From: Pelagomonas calceolata
Taxonomy: Eukaryota
DNA length: 64,000 bases
Reading direction: 5' to 3'
NCBI GenBank assembly: GCA_918797485.1
Contig: CAKKNE010000002.1
Coordinates: 5,642,001 to 5,706,000, forward strand
Within the stretch, counting starts at the first letter, position 1; each line of letters begins with the position of its first letter. Both the position numbers and the translations under genes were made by a program. The notes below the pieces were generated by a model. That model did no database searches. It saw only the letters and a program-made list of their open reading frames with translations, and was not told where the DNA came from. Positions 31,341-42,200 of the stretch are shown here, piece by piece.

Positions 31341-31860
31341 TTACGCGCTCCCCGTGGACGCCTCGCGGGCGCGGAGCTCGGCTCGCAGCTTTCGCAGATC
31401 GTCCTCAATGGCCGTTGTGAGCGGATGTGCGCCACCAAGCACGCGCCTGGCGATCCGTTCCGTCTCCCCGTGCATCGTCACGGCCTCGCGGAGGTCGTCG
31501 AGTGTGCCGGCGGGGTCCGCATAGAGAGCCCTAGCGTAATACGCCCTCATCCTGATCGTAGCATCGTCATGATCTCCGAAAACGCGTCGCCCCACGGGCA
31601 TTAACTCGCGCAACAGATCCTTGGCTTTTTCAAAGCGCTCTAGCTCAAAAAGACTTATTGCGCAGTTGAGGGCTGCTACGAGGGTCATCTGATGTTCTTT
31701 TCCATTGAGCTTTAGACGTCCGGAGTATACATCTTCCCGTAGACTTATGGCCTCTTCCACCCGTCCAAGAACTTCATACGCGTTCGCAAGATTGCTCTGC
31801 ACGGCAAGAATTTTGTGTTCTGAATCGCCGAGACCCGGCCCCGCGACTCCGTCATTGACA
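31341..31860 (-). pseudogene. 5'-truncated TPR-like (kinesin-light-chain-like repeat) family fragment
   Basis: QSNLANAY..LGR.EEA...DDLREAVT...ERIARRVLGGAHP. No ATG (the listed start is GTG), and the frame is disrupted upstream. Confidence 0.6.
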
Positions 31861-31885
31861 ACTGGCCCGCGCAGTCAAGTTCAAG

Positions 31886-32746
31886 ATGCAGAAGGCTAGA
31901 GCTCGCGGCGACGGCGAGAAGGTCGCCAAGTACAAGGGCAAGATCGCGCGCTGGCAGCAGCAGCTGAGAGACTCGATGGGCGAGGGCGAGGACGGCCTGC
32001 CGCCGGGCTGGGAGAAGAAGGAGACCGACGACGGCCGCACGTACTACGTCGGTCCCCCAGTGCGGAAATCGACCAGGCTCGGACCAGCGGTCCGCGCCGG
32101 CCGGCAAATTTGGTTTTCCGCGCACAGGTCGACAAGATCGGCGAGAAGGTGTCCTGGGACCTGCCCGGCTGCGAGCCGCCGCCGCCGGCGAGCGTCGAGG
32201 CCTCGGGCAACCGCAAGTCTCTGCTCATCGGCATCAATTATCCCGGTAGCTCGGCTGAGCTCCGCGGCTGCATCAACGACGTCAAGCGCATGAAGGCTTA
32301 TATAACGAGTTGCGGGTTCCCGGACGACTCCGATTCCATGCGCGTTTTAACTGATGATGGATGCAATGATGGTGATCCGACGCACGACGCGATCCTCGAA
32401 GGTCATTGAGCCGGCGTCCCCAAAGGCCCCCGTGGACGCCCTGCACCGCGAGCTCTCGCGCAAGCGCATGAGCCAGAAGCCTCAGCTCTCCTCGAGCCAG
32501 AAGTTCGAGCTCGACGACCGCGCCTTCTCCCTCACGAGCGGCATCGTCGGGAACGCCAACGCGAACCTCGGCCGCCCGCCGCGGCCGCCGGGCTTCAAGA
32601 AACGCCCGAACACGGCCGGCGCGCAACCCATGGGAGGCTTACCGATCGAGGAGTTCCTCGCAGTCATGAACGGCGGCGGAGACTCCGGGGATTTGGTAGG
32701 CAAGCTCATGCAGCTCGGGATTAGCCTCGCCTCGAACGCGGGCTAG
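31886..32746 (+). pseudogene. WW-domain metacaspase with the catalytic core deleted
   Basis: WW domain LPPGWE...GRTYY|VD...SWDLP (intron 32048-32127). RKSLLIGINYPG...LRGCINDV stops at 32409. The C-terminal SQKPQLSSS lies in another frame. No HYSGHG or DxCHSG. Confidence 0.7.
32048..32127 (+). mobile_element. Diverged introner intron, element in reverse orientation
   Basis: GT..AG intron whose removal restores the WW domain. Its ends, CAGTGCGGAAATCGACCAG and AAATTTGGTTTTCCGCGCACAG, match the reverse complement of the element at 35281. Confidence 0.65.
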
Positions 32747-32806
32747 CTCGCGCACGAGACGGCTCAACCCCTCCCACCCTTCCGAGTCGTAACTACGAGT
32801 ACTTAG

Positions 32807-33646
32807 CTAGCGCTGCCCCCCAGACCGGTCCCGGTCCCGGTCGCGGTCGTCGCGCCGGCGGCCCCGGGACCGCGACCGGTCGTCGCGCCGGCGCCCGCGC
32901 GAGCGAGAGCGAGAGCGCCGCCGCCGATCATCAGAACCGCGGTCCCGCCGGTCGCGGTAGTCGTCGCGCGAGTCCCTCGGATAACCGCCGCCGTAGCCGC
33001 CGCGCGGCGGCCCTCCCGGTCCGCCGTACCCTCCCCCGTACCCTCCGCGCCCGCCTCCGTAGCCTCCTTGATACCCTCCGCCGTAGCCACCGCCCGGGCC
33101 GCCGCCACCTCTCGGACCATAGGCCTCCTGCGGATTTAAACCGGTCCCGATCGTCTGGTTCTTCGGGTCGTCGCCGTGACTGAACTTGCACCTAGCACCT
33201 CTAAAACAATCGCCCTTCAGGAAGTCGTTGCACATGTTCACGCCTTTGGAGTCTGTGGCTTGCGTGCCTCGCGTCGGGATGTCCCCATGGCTGAACTTGC
33301 AGTTCGCCCCTCTCGTACAATTGCCCCTCTGGAAGTCGCCGCACATACCATCACCCTTATTCCCGCCACTTTTCAGGTGGCCCATCAAATTCTCCCAGGC
33401 CGCGTACCGCTCGGGCTCCTTCTCTTTGTCAGGCATCGGAATCTGCAGCTTCGACGCATCACCGCCTGTGCCGTCCATCGTGACGCCGACGTTCTGGTTC
33501 GAAGTCGGCGCGGTCCAGGTCGTCTCGCCCGTCTGCGTGTTGTGGTAGAAAGGCCGGCCCGACGCGGGGTCCATCTTGGCCTCCCACGGCGGGTCGGGCC
33601 GCCAGGCGATCTCGGTGAAGCCGCGGAAGCCGGGCGCTCTGTGCAT
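32807..33646 (-). CDS. WW plus two CCCH Zn fingers plus RGG/RS protein (RNA-binding)
   Basis: PPWE..MDP.SGRPFYHN..TGETTW; CGDFQRGNCTRGANCKFSH; CNDFLKGDCFRGARCKFSH. Confidence 0.85.
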   Translation of the reverse strand: MHRAPGFRGFTEIAWRPDPPWEAKMDPASGRPFYHNTQTGETTWTAPTSNQNVGVTMDGTGGDASKLQIPMPDKEKEPERYAAWENLMGHLKSGGNKGDGMCGDFQRGNCTRGANCKFSHGDIPTRGTQATDSKGVNMCNDFLKGDCFRGARCKFSHGDDPKNQTIGTGLNPQEAYGPRGGGGPGGGYGGGYQGGYGGGRGGYGGGYGGPGGPPRGGYGGGYPRDSRDDYRDRRDRGSDDRRRRSRSRSRGRRRDDRSRSRGRRRDDRDRDRDRSGGQR

Positions 33647-34034
33647 GGTTCGCTCTCTGGGTTGGGGAGAGCAGCACTCGTCCCGGTGTTGATTGCTAAC
33701 TTCCTCGTTCGCTGGTCAGCCTGAGGACAGCGCGAATTATGTGTGCTGTGCCTCTCCCCTTGATGCGCTGCACCTCGTTCCCTGGCGCGAGCGAGACAGC
33801 TTTTGCTAATGCTAGGTAAGGGCTCTAGGCCATTTTTCCGTACCCGTGGCCCCCCAGCCCTCCCCGGACCCGTGCCACCGACGCCCCGGGCCGCCGGAAG
33901 ACGCCTCCACTGCACGCGCGGTCGCAGGTTCGACGTTCGACTCGGTTCGAGCACGGTTGGCATGCGACAAGGGCAATAAAACAACGAGCACGACGCCGGG
34001 GCAGCACTTGGACGCGCACGGGACAAACGACACG

Positions 34035-34947
34035 ATGGCCGCCGCCCCGCTCGCACTGGACAAACGCGGCCTGCGCTTACGAGACGCCAACCGCCCCCTC
34101 ACAGCACCCAACAAGCAGCGTGTCGTCGGCCTCGAGGTGACGCCGGACAAGGCACCCACGCTCCGCGGCGCGCGACCCGCGCCGGCCGTCGGGTTCTACG
34201 CCTGGGCCACACCGCACAAGAAGCAGCAGCCACGGACGAGGGCGATCTCGCACCCGGCGCTGCGCGAGCCGATCTCGAAGGCGACGCCGCTGTCGCAGGC
34301 CGTGCGCGCGGCGACGGCGCGGCGCGACGCGTCGATCGGCGACGCGTACCGCGCGAAGCACGCGGCGCTGCGGCGGCAGAACCGCTTGTTCGATCTGCGG
34401 TTCGACGACGCCAAACTGGGCTTTAAGATTTGCCTGGGGAGGCGCTCCGTCGACGCACGACGCCGGTCGACGCGCCGACGCGTTTTAGTGGACGAGACGT
34501 TTCCCTCGTGCCAGGCGTTTGATAGATTGCGCCCCCACGACGAACTCGTCGCGATCTGTGTGGAAGTCAAAATTTTACGGCACGTTCGTCCTGAATCGCC
34601 GCGTCGTGCACCCGACGCACTGGTTGATTTCCACACAGGTCGCAATCAACGGGGCCTTGTTAATTGAGGTTGACGCCGAGGCCTTCGCGTCGCTCGTGGA
34701 ACGCCTCCGGACGCTACCCCGGCCGCTGACCCTGACCTTCGCCGCGGGCGAGGGGCGCGAGCGGGCGTTTGCCTTGCAGCTCCGCCGGCGCGCCGCCGCG
34801 TCGTCGTTGGTGCAGACTGCACCATTACCTGTCGCATCATTGCCATCAACGCCGCCGCCGCGCCGTCGGCGCCAGGCCGCGGACGAAGACGCGGAACGCA
34901 CGCAGTGCGGCCTGACGTGCTTCGGGAGCGCGTATGTGTGTGCCTAA
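34035..34947 (+). CDS. PDZ-like domain protein; intron 34548-34638
   Basis: KLGF... and the spliced DEL|VAING...RPLTLTF. CAAX-like end (YVCA). Confidence 0.65.
34556..34638 (+). mobile_element. Introner element (83 bp, internally deleted)
   Basis: TIRs CTGTGTGGAAGTCAA / TTGATTTCCACACAG. 8-bp TSD GTCGCGAT (34548-55) / GTCGCAAT (34639-46). Confidence 0.85.
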
Positions 34948-34967
34948 GTCATCCCCAAAAGAAATCA

Positions 34968-36112
34968 TTAGGCGACGTCCCCAAGACCCGGATCGTAGCG
35001 CGCCGTTGCAATCGCAGCTTTCCCGGAGACGAAAAGGCCGACGGGCACTCCTAGCAGCGTCGGAACCGGAGCAAAGGCGCCGGCCGCAGCACCGAGCACG
35101 CTCAGGCCGAAGAACACTTTCCCGGAAACTGGCTCCTGCTTCAGCAATGCCTCCCAGCCGTCGGCGGGCTCCGTCTCGTTGTAACGCCGGAAGACGAACT
35201 TCCCCCCGCGCGCGGCGATGCCGCAGCGCACGCGGTCGTCGACGTACGTCGTGCAGAGGTCGACCGGCGGCTGGGCCGACCTTTGTGGAAATCAAAATTT
35301 TACGGCGCGTTCGTGCTGAATCATCGCGTCGTCCGCCACGCCATCGACGCGACACCTGCTCGATGGCGTGGCGATGCCGGTTCCTCACCGCTCGACCGAG
35401 CCAGGACGGCCGCATCATCGCCGAGAAATGACTGCACCGACGCACTGGTTGATTTCCACACAGGCGCCGACGGCCCGGTCACTTCAAAGTTCAGGCGGCC
35501 GCGCCGCCCGAACGACACGCGCGGCGCGTCGAAGACGACGCGCGCCGTCTCGGTCGACAAGGGTACCGTGCCGTTGGACAGCGCCCGCGCGGCGGCGAGC
35601 TCGTCGGCCGTCTCGCGCGCGAACTCGGCCTTCGCCGTCACGGCCGCCGGCACGCCGAAGAAACGAAAGGTGACGTAGTTGACAATTGTTTGCGGCTCGA
35701 GGACGTGCTGGTACGTGCCCGTCGATTTGAGTCCGAGCCTGATCGCCTTGAACGGCAGGAAGAAGATCGCCTTCCGCAGGCGTTTTGCGATCGACGGCTT
35801 CTTGACGGCGTCGTCGCCGCCGTCGCGGCCGCCGTCGACGCTCCGATCAAAGTATTTTATTTCATATTCGCCGAACAGCCGAGGATCGTCGAGCACCTTC
35901 GCGCCGCGGCCCGCCTCGCGTAGCTCCTCGAGGCACGCGTCTATCTTCGAAATCGTCTCGGGCGACTTGTTCCGGCTGCGCGTCGTGCCGCCCTCGTCCA
36001 AGAGCGGCAAGAGCTCGTCGACGACGACGCCGGCCGGACGACTTAGGGGTGCCGCAAAGCTGCTCGCTTGGTGCACGGCGCAGGCCAGGGCGAGCAAGCG
36101 TGCAGCAGCCAT
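34968..36112 (-). CDS. PAP/fibrillin-like plastid protein; intron 35281-35471
   Basis: Signal peptide plus an ASAFAP-like ASSFAAP. The spliced GPSAQPPVDLCTTYVDDRVRCGIAARGGKFVFRR resembles the fibrillin C-terminus. Confidence 0.7.
35281..35463 (+). mobile_element. Introner element (183 bp)
   Basis: TIRs CTTTGTGGAAATCAA / TTGATTTCCACACAG. TSD GGGCCGAC (35273-80) / GCGCCGAC (35464-71). Internal hairpin CACGCCATCGA..TCGATGGCGTG. Confidence 0.85.
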
Positions 36113-36220
36113 GGTTTTGCGTCGCTGAACGCGAGTGATCAATGCGTCAAGAGCCACAATGCGCCAAAGAGCCAATATAGGCCACAGAGCAGCGACAAAA
36201 GCTGCCGATCTTGGAGCTAG

Positions 36221-36242
36221 CTAGCGGCCGATAAGACACTAG
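36221..36242 (+). promoter_or_regulatory. CTAG-bipartite promoter motif
   Basis: CTAGCGGCCGATAAGACACTAG, about 110 bp upstream of the fibrillin ATG. Confidence 0.6.
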
Positions 36243-36335
36243 CAATCAAGTTCAGGGGCTTCGCGTACGTCTAGACTCCGTCATTACCACCGGCGGCGGA
36301 AGCATTTATGCAGAAAAAAATCCTAGATGATAAAG

Positions 36336-37715
36336 TTAGGGAAGCACCTCCGCGGCGCCGCGCCGCGCCAGCACCGCGAGCGCGCCGTCCAGCAGCCGCC
36401 GCTCGACGCTCTTGAGCCGCCTTGCTAAATACGCCGGCGACCCCGGCGGCGCCGGCGGCGCGATTTGGACCACGACTTCATCTTCGCCCTCCCGTAACGC
36501 GAGGACGTCGCGCAGCGGCGCCTCCGCGACGGCGTTGCGCCGCGCCTCCAGGCACAGCCGCGCGATGTCGACGGCGTCGTCGAAGCACTGGGCGTCCAAC
36601 TCTTGACACTTCTCGAGCAGCCGGGGCCAGGGGTCGCGGTCGTCGCCGCCGTGCGTCTCTGCGATCGGCTTCATATCTTCATGCACACCACCATCGACCA
36701 TGGCCGCGGCTAAACAAGCCGCCCACGCGTCCGAGTCCGCATCACCTGAAGGTGGCGAGCGTTTGAGTTTCGGGATGAGTGCGATATGGTTCGCGTTCAA
36801 GGCGAAGCAGCACGCTACCAGTCGTCCTAGACCCTCGCCAGCAACACCGATTTCACAAGTCAAGACATCATCGAGACCGTCGTAGGGCGCCTCGTCACAC
36901 GCGTTCGCCAGCAATAACAGCCGGGCCACCGGTGAGTCTTCGCAGTCGCACGCGCTCATCACATCATTAATGGCAATAGACACGACGTCCTCGGGGAGCA
37001 GCTCATCACTCTCTGGTACAAAACCGTACCGGTATATCAAATCAGTATGAGCCCAGGCGTACGTCTGGAAGAGCTCGCCCGCGTGCGTGTCAAATCTCGC
37101 GCGCCCGATTACTAGATCCTCGTCCTCGTCGAAGGTGATATGGTCCTCCTTCGAATAATTCAATGTACAGTTGAAGGGCGTTAATGACCGCCCGAACCAG
37201 GGGTTCGCGTGGCTTGCCACAATAGCACACGCGTGGGCGTAGGTCCGCCGCGAGACTCTCTCCTTCAAAACCTCCTCCACCAGTCGTCTTTCCGCATCCA
37301 AGCGCGCGACCTTCAGCTGGACGACCGCCTCGAGCTCCGTGCCCTGTAATAAAGCGCGGTCCTTTGCATTCCAGGTCCAGGGGCAGGGCGCCGGTTTCAA
37401 AGTACGTAAAAAAGGCCGCCACTTCGATCGCGACTTCTTCCTCGCTTCCTTTATGAGTTTGGTAGCGGCGCGGCGCTGCGTGTCGCCCCGGTCTTTTCGC
37501 GACACCAAACAAGCAGATCTAGGAGCAACAAACAGCACCTCGCCCTTCGTCAGAGGTTTCGTCGCTATGAGTCCAAAACCGGCAATACAACGAGTGCTGT
37601 ACGTGACCTTCGGCGACCACATCGCGCCTCTCATATGAAGCCACTTTCGTAGAGATTTGAGGTCGCTGCGTTTCGCTCTTTGTTTGTGGATGCGCTGGCG
37701 CAGGAGGCGGCCCAT
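36336..37715 (-). CDS. SET-domain lysine methyltransferase (SETD6/Rubisco-LSMT-like)
   Basis: GFGLIATKPL.KGEVLF..P, S.WRPFL..L, LLQGTEL and GELFQTY...LIYRYGFV. Confidence 0.7.
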   Translation of the reverse strand: MGRLLRQRIHKQRAKRSDLKSLRKWLHMRGAMWSPKVTYSTRCIAGFGLIATKPLTKGEVLFVAPRSACLVSRKDRGDTQRRAATKLIKEARKKSRSKWRPFLRTLKPAPCPWTWNAKDRALLQGTELEAVVQLKVARLDAERRLVEEVLKERVSRRTYAHACAIVASHANPWFGRSLTPFNCTLNYSKEDHITFDEDEDLVIGRARFDTHAGELFQTYAWAHTDLIYRYGFVPESDELLPEDVVSIAINDVMSACDCEDSPVARLLLLANACDEAPYDGLDDVLTCEIGVAGEGLGRLVACCFALNANHIALIPKLKRSPPSGDADSDAWAACLAAAMVDGGVHEDMKPIAETHGGDDRDPWPRLLEKCQELDAQCFDDAVDIARLCLEARRNAVAEAPLRDVLALREGEDEVVVQIAPPAPPGSPAYLARRLKSVERRLLDGALAVLARRGAAEVLP

Positions 37716-38088
37716 CTCTTGTTATACGCGGCGCCTGCAGGCCGCTCTTGTGTTGTGGTGTTGTGCAGCACGGATGCCGCGGCGGTCAAAGTTTTTGGCC
37801 TTTATTGCTCCGTATCGACGTATTGCGTAGAATTCGACGCTTCGTTTGCAGCGGAAGCGCTTGCAAGTAGCGCACGCTTTGAGAGCGAGGCTGGGGCTCT
37901 CGCAGCGGAGGCACACGCATGCATGCATAACGCGGCGACAACGCCTCGCACAAGTACCTAGCGACGAAGAAGAGCTCACGCAGCGCTCACAGACACCATT
38001 TCTGGGCCGTGGACGCGTGCACGTCGCTTGCGGCGCCAAAACCGCTGCGCCTCAGGACCAGATCTAGCCATCCAGCGCGTACGCCGCG

Positions 38089-39258
38089 ATGCGTCGACCA
38101 CTGCTCCCGCTCCTGCTGGCCGCCGCGGCCGGCTGGCAGCCCCCGAGACGCGCGCCGACGCCACACGTCACTGAACCCGTCGGCTGGAGACACGCGCGCC
38201 GCCACCGCACGCGACTCAACCTCCAGCCCCCGACCGAGGCGCCGCCGACGACGGCGCGCGAGGGCTGGTTCGGCTTTGGAGACGACGACGACGGCGCGTT
38301 GCTGAGCAAGGCCGAGAACTGGTTCAAGCCCAAGAACCATTATACGGTCGAGAAGGGCGACACGTCGCACTACGCCGTGCTGGGCGTGGACCGGGACGCC
38401 ACACCACAACAGATCAAACGGGCTTATAGGACACAGTCCAAGACCTGCCACCCCGACGTCGACCCGAGTGACGCGGGGCGCGCGCGTTTTGATGCCGTGA
38501 CGCTCGCCTACGAGACGTTGAAGGATGCGAAGAAGCGCGACGCCTACGACGGCGCGCTCCAGGTCGAGCGCATCGCGGCCGACGCCGAGGCCTGGATCGA
38601 TTCCGTGGCCGTGCCCTTTTTGCGGGACAGCGCCATGCCCACGTTGTCAGATTTCACGAAGAATGTGGAAAAGGCGACGGAGAACGTGACCCTCGCCCAG
38701 GCCGCGGCCGCCGCGGCGGGCTTCGTGGTCGCCGGGCCCGTCGGCGCGGCCGCGGGCGTCGCGGCGCAAAAAGTCTACGCGGAGAATATTGATGACGTGC
38801 CTGTTGTGCCGAAGCCGGCGCCGACGGCGAACGCGACGAACGCGACGAAGACGCCGCCGCGCCGCCGCGGGCCCGCGTCGACGGCCGCGGCCGGCGCCGT
38901 GGGTTTTGTCGTGGCCGGGCCCATCGGCGCGGCGGCCGGCGTCGCCGCGGAGCGCTACTCGCGCCGGACGTCGACGACGACGACGTCGTCTTTATATGAT
39001 GCGCCCGGCGCCGCGGCCCCGCCCGTGGCCGCGCCGGCGCCGGCGCCGGTCCCCGTGCCCGCCGAGAGCGGCAAGCTCCCGCGGCGGCGGCGGGTCCGCG
39101 CGCCTTCATCAGATTCGGACGACCACCTCATCCGCATGACGCGGTCGGAGCTGCGGCGTACCTTGTTGCGGCGCGGCGTCCAGGCGACGGGGTCGAAGGC
39201 CGAGCTCATCGAGCGCATTCGTGCGCTGCCGCCCGAGGAGGAGGGTAATAAGTCGTAG
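38089..39258 (+). CDS. DnaJ-domain plus SAP-domain protein with a plastid-type leader
   Basis: HYAVLGV...IKRAYR...HPD...AYETL.D..KR..YD; C-terminal MT..ELR..L..RG....GSKAELIERI. Confidence 0.8.
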   Translation: MRRPLLPLLLAAAAGWQPPRRAPTPHVTEPVGWRHARRHRTRLNLQPPTEAPPTTAREGWFGFGDDDDGALLSKAENWFKPKNHYTVEKGDTSHYAVLGVDRDATPQQIKRAYRTQSKTCHPDVDPSDAGRARFDAVTLAYETLKDAKKRDAYDGALQVERIAADAEAWIDSVAVPFLRDSAMPTLSDFTKNVEKATENVTLAQAAAAAAGFVVAGPVGAAAGVAAQKVYAENIDDVPVVPKPAPTANATNATKTPPRRRGPASTAAAGAVGFVVAGPIGAAAGVAAERYSRRTSTTTTSSLYDAPGAAAPPVAAPAPAPVPVPAESGKLPRRRRVRAPSSDSDDHLIRMTRSELRRTLLRRGVQATGSKAELIERIRALPPEEEGNKS

Positions 39259-39273
39259 ACTCAAGGTGTTGAG

Positions 39274-42200
39274 TTACGCGCGAGCGCCGCAGGCGCTGCA
39301 GAACTGGCCCTGAACCGGGGCGCCGCAGGCGCTGCAGAAGTTGCGACCGGTCGGCGCCTCAGCAGCCGGCGCCCGCCAGGACGCCAGCCTCGACACCATG
39401 GAGGGGCGCTCCTGAGCCGGCTCTGGCGGCGGCGGCGGCATCAGCGGCGGCGCCGACGGGTCCGGTGCGGCATCTTTGAGCGCGCCCGACTCGACGGCCC
39501 CGGTTATTGTGCCTAGGACCTCCACTTCGGCCATCGGTGCCAAATCCGCGCTGTCCTTGGCGCGGCGCATGTACACGTACGCCCCGACGGCAATCGCGGC
39601 GATCACGGCGACGCCGGCGACCGTGCCCCCAATGAGCCCGGCCGACGCGGCGTCGGCGCCGCCGTTGCCGCCGCCGTCGCTTGGGGTAGCTTGGGAAATT
39701 GGAGCCGGAGTCGGAGTCGCCGTGGGGCCGCACTCCACCGGCAGCGCTGCGACGGCCGAGTCGCGTGTGACGGTGTAGAATATGTATCCTGGTGCGCCAC
39801 CGACTTCATGCATGCACTCGCAGTCGTTCTGGCAGTCGCAGCTGCCGTCGTCCCACCAGTCGATGGCCACGAGGTCGTCGCCGTATCCGTCCGAACACCT
39901 CTCCCAGCAGTCCGCCGGCGAGGCCGTGCAGCCTATTTGGTTGTTGAGATTCGAAAAGCACCACCCGCTCCCCGCTCCGTGGTTCGTTGTGCCGCTTGGA
40001 GAGGAATTGAGGTCGTTGGACGTCTCGATGTCGCATTCGTCGTCGTCGTCGTCGTCGTCCCCGTCGTCGTCCCCGTCGTCGTCGTCGTCGTCCTCCGAGC
40101 AGTCGTCGTACCAGCACTCGTTGAACTCCCCGTCGTCGTCGACGTTGCCGTCGAGGTCTTCGTCGTAGTACCAGGTATTCGTACCCGGCTCGCAGGTGAC
40201 TCGGCCGCCATAGTCGGCCGTTAAGTCGTGTGTCGTCGCGCAGTCGCACGATTGGCATCCAAAGCCCTGCATCACCGTTCCATCCTCTCGGCACTCTATC
40301 ACCTCAAAGCCCGGGGTGCAGTCGTCGTCGTCGTCCTCGTCGCCGTCCTCCTCGTCCTCCGAGCAGTCATCGTACCAGCAGTCGCCGAACTGCCCCTCGT
40401 GATCGACGTTGCCGTCGAGGTCTTCGTCGATATAAAAGGTATTCGTACCCGGATCGCAGGTGTATTGGCCGCCCGAATTGGTCGTTAGGTCGTCCATTTC
40501 GCAGTCGCACGAATCGCATTCGTCGTTGTGCATAAACGTCCCGTCGTCGAGGCACTCTGCCACCCCATAGCCCGGGGTGCAGTCGTCGTCCTCGTCGTCG
40601 TCGTCCTCCGAGCAGTCATCGTACCAGCACTCGCTGAACTCCCACGATTCGTCGGCGTTCCCGTCGAGGTCTTCGTCGTATAAAATGGTATTCGTACCCG
40701 GCTCGCAGGTGTATTGGCCGCTCGTCGCGGCCGTTAAATCTTCCACCGCTTCGCAGTCGCACGAATCGCACCCGCCGTCGCCGTTCGCCACTCTAGGGAA
40801 TCCTCGCATCAGCGTCCCGTCGTCTCGGCACTCTAGCACCCAAAAGCCCGGGGTGCAGTCTTCGTCGTCGTCCTCGTCGTAGTCTGAGCTGTAGCATGCC
40901 GATTTCAAGTCCGCGCAACAAGGATTACTTCCCCCAGCCATATAGTTCATGACGCCAGCCCGCGTGTTACCGTCGTACACTTCAGGATCTGCACATGCGG
41001 CCTGGATGGCCGAGTCGGAGCTCCAATCGATGGCGTTCATCTTTGCTTCGGCTCCAAGGAATCCATCGCATGTGTAGCCCGGGTAATTGGATGGGGCACC
41101 TCCATTGTACTGGCTCGGATTGAGGCAGAACTTGCTTCTATCGTAGCATTCTGCAACTTGTACGACGCCGCACGACGTCGACTGGCACGGCGTGCCGTTG
41201 AACGCGCCGTAGAGGTCCACGTCGTCGTCCGCGCACCAGCCGAGGTCCTGGTCGAAGGCTGAGGCGCCGTAGAACATCCAGAACATAGTCGTGACGCTGT
41301 CGATCGCCCAGTCACCGATGTCTTGATTAAACGCCAAGGCGCCGCCGAACACCCCGTACATCGATATGACGCCGGAGGTGTCCCACGCGCCGATGTCCCT
41401 GTTAAAGGACAAGGCTTCGATGAAAATCCCCTCCATCGTTGTGACCCCAGAGGTGTCCCACGCGCCGATGTCCTCGTTGAAGGACGCCGCGGCCGTGTTG
41501 CAGTAACCATTTCCTGAGTGGTCGGTTGAGGCCCCGCAAAACAAATACGACATGTCCGTCACCCCCCCAGTCGCCCACGTCGAGATATGACCGTACATCG
41601 CCTCGGCAGACGTGGCGTCTGAGAGCCACGCCGCGACGGCCGTTCTAATGTTGCTGTCGGTCATCACGTAGCCCGAGAGCACGCGCCGCTGCTCAAGGCT
41701 TTGGACTGACGAGCTCGGAGACTCGTTGGTCTTGATCTTGGAACTCTTTGTAATGGCGTAGTCGCTGCTGCCGCCCGAGAGCACGCGTCGCTGCTCAAGG
41801 CTTTGGACTGACGAGCTCGGAGACTCATTGGTCTTGATCTTGGAACTCTTCATAATGGTGTAGTCGCTGCCGCGGACCGAAGTCGCTGCCGCCGCCACGA
41901 GGGCGATCTCTGGCGAAATAAGCAGGTAGGCGGCGCCGTACGAGCGCCAGGCCGCGCCCTTCGCCGCGCTACTGCACCGCGGAATAACCCTTCCGAACAC
42001 GAAGAGTCCCAAAACAAGTTCTAGCAAAATCGCAAGAAACTGGAAGAGCCACCAGGAAGCCCGCCCTTCTTCTTCGTCGACGCCGCCCTTGGTCGCGTCC
42101 GGGGCCGCCAACATCAATTCGGCGGACACGTGGTTTTGGTAGAGCTGGAGCCGCGCCATCGTCGCGGCGACGCTCGTCGCCAAGCCCTTGGAGGCAGCGC

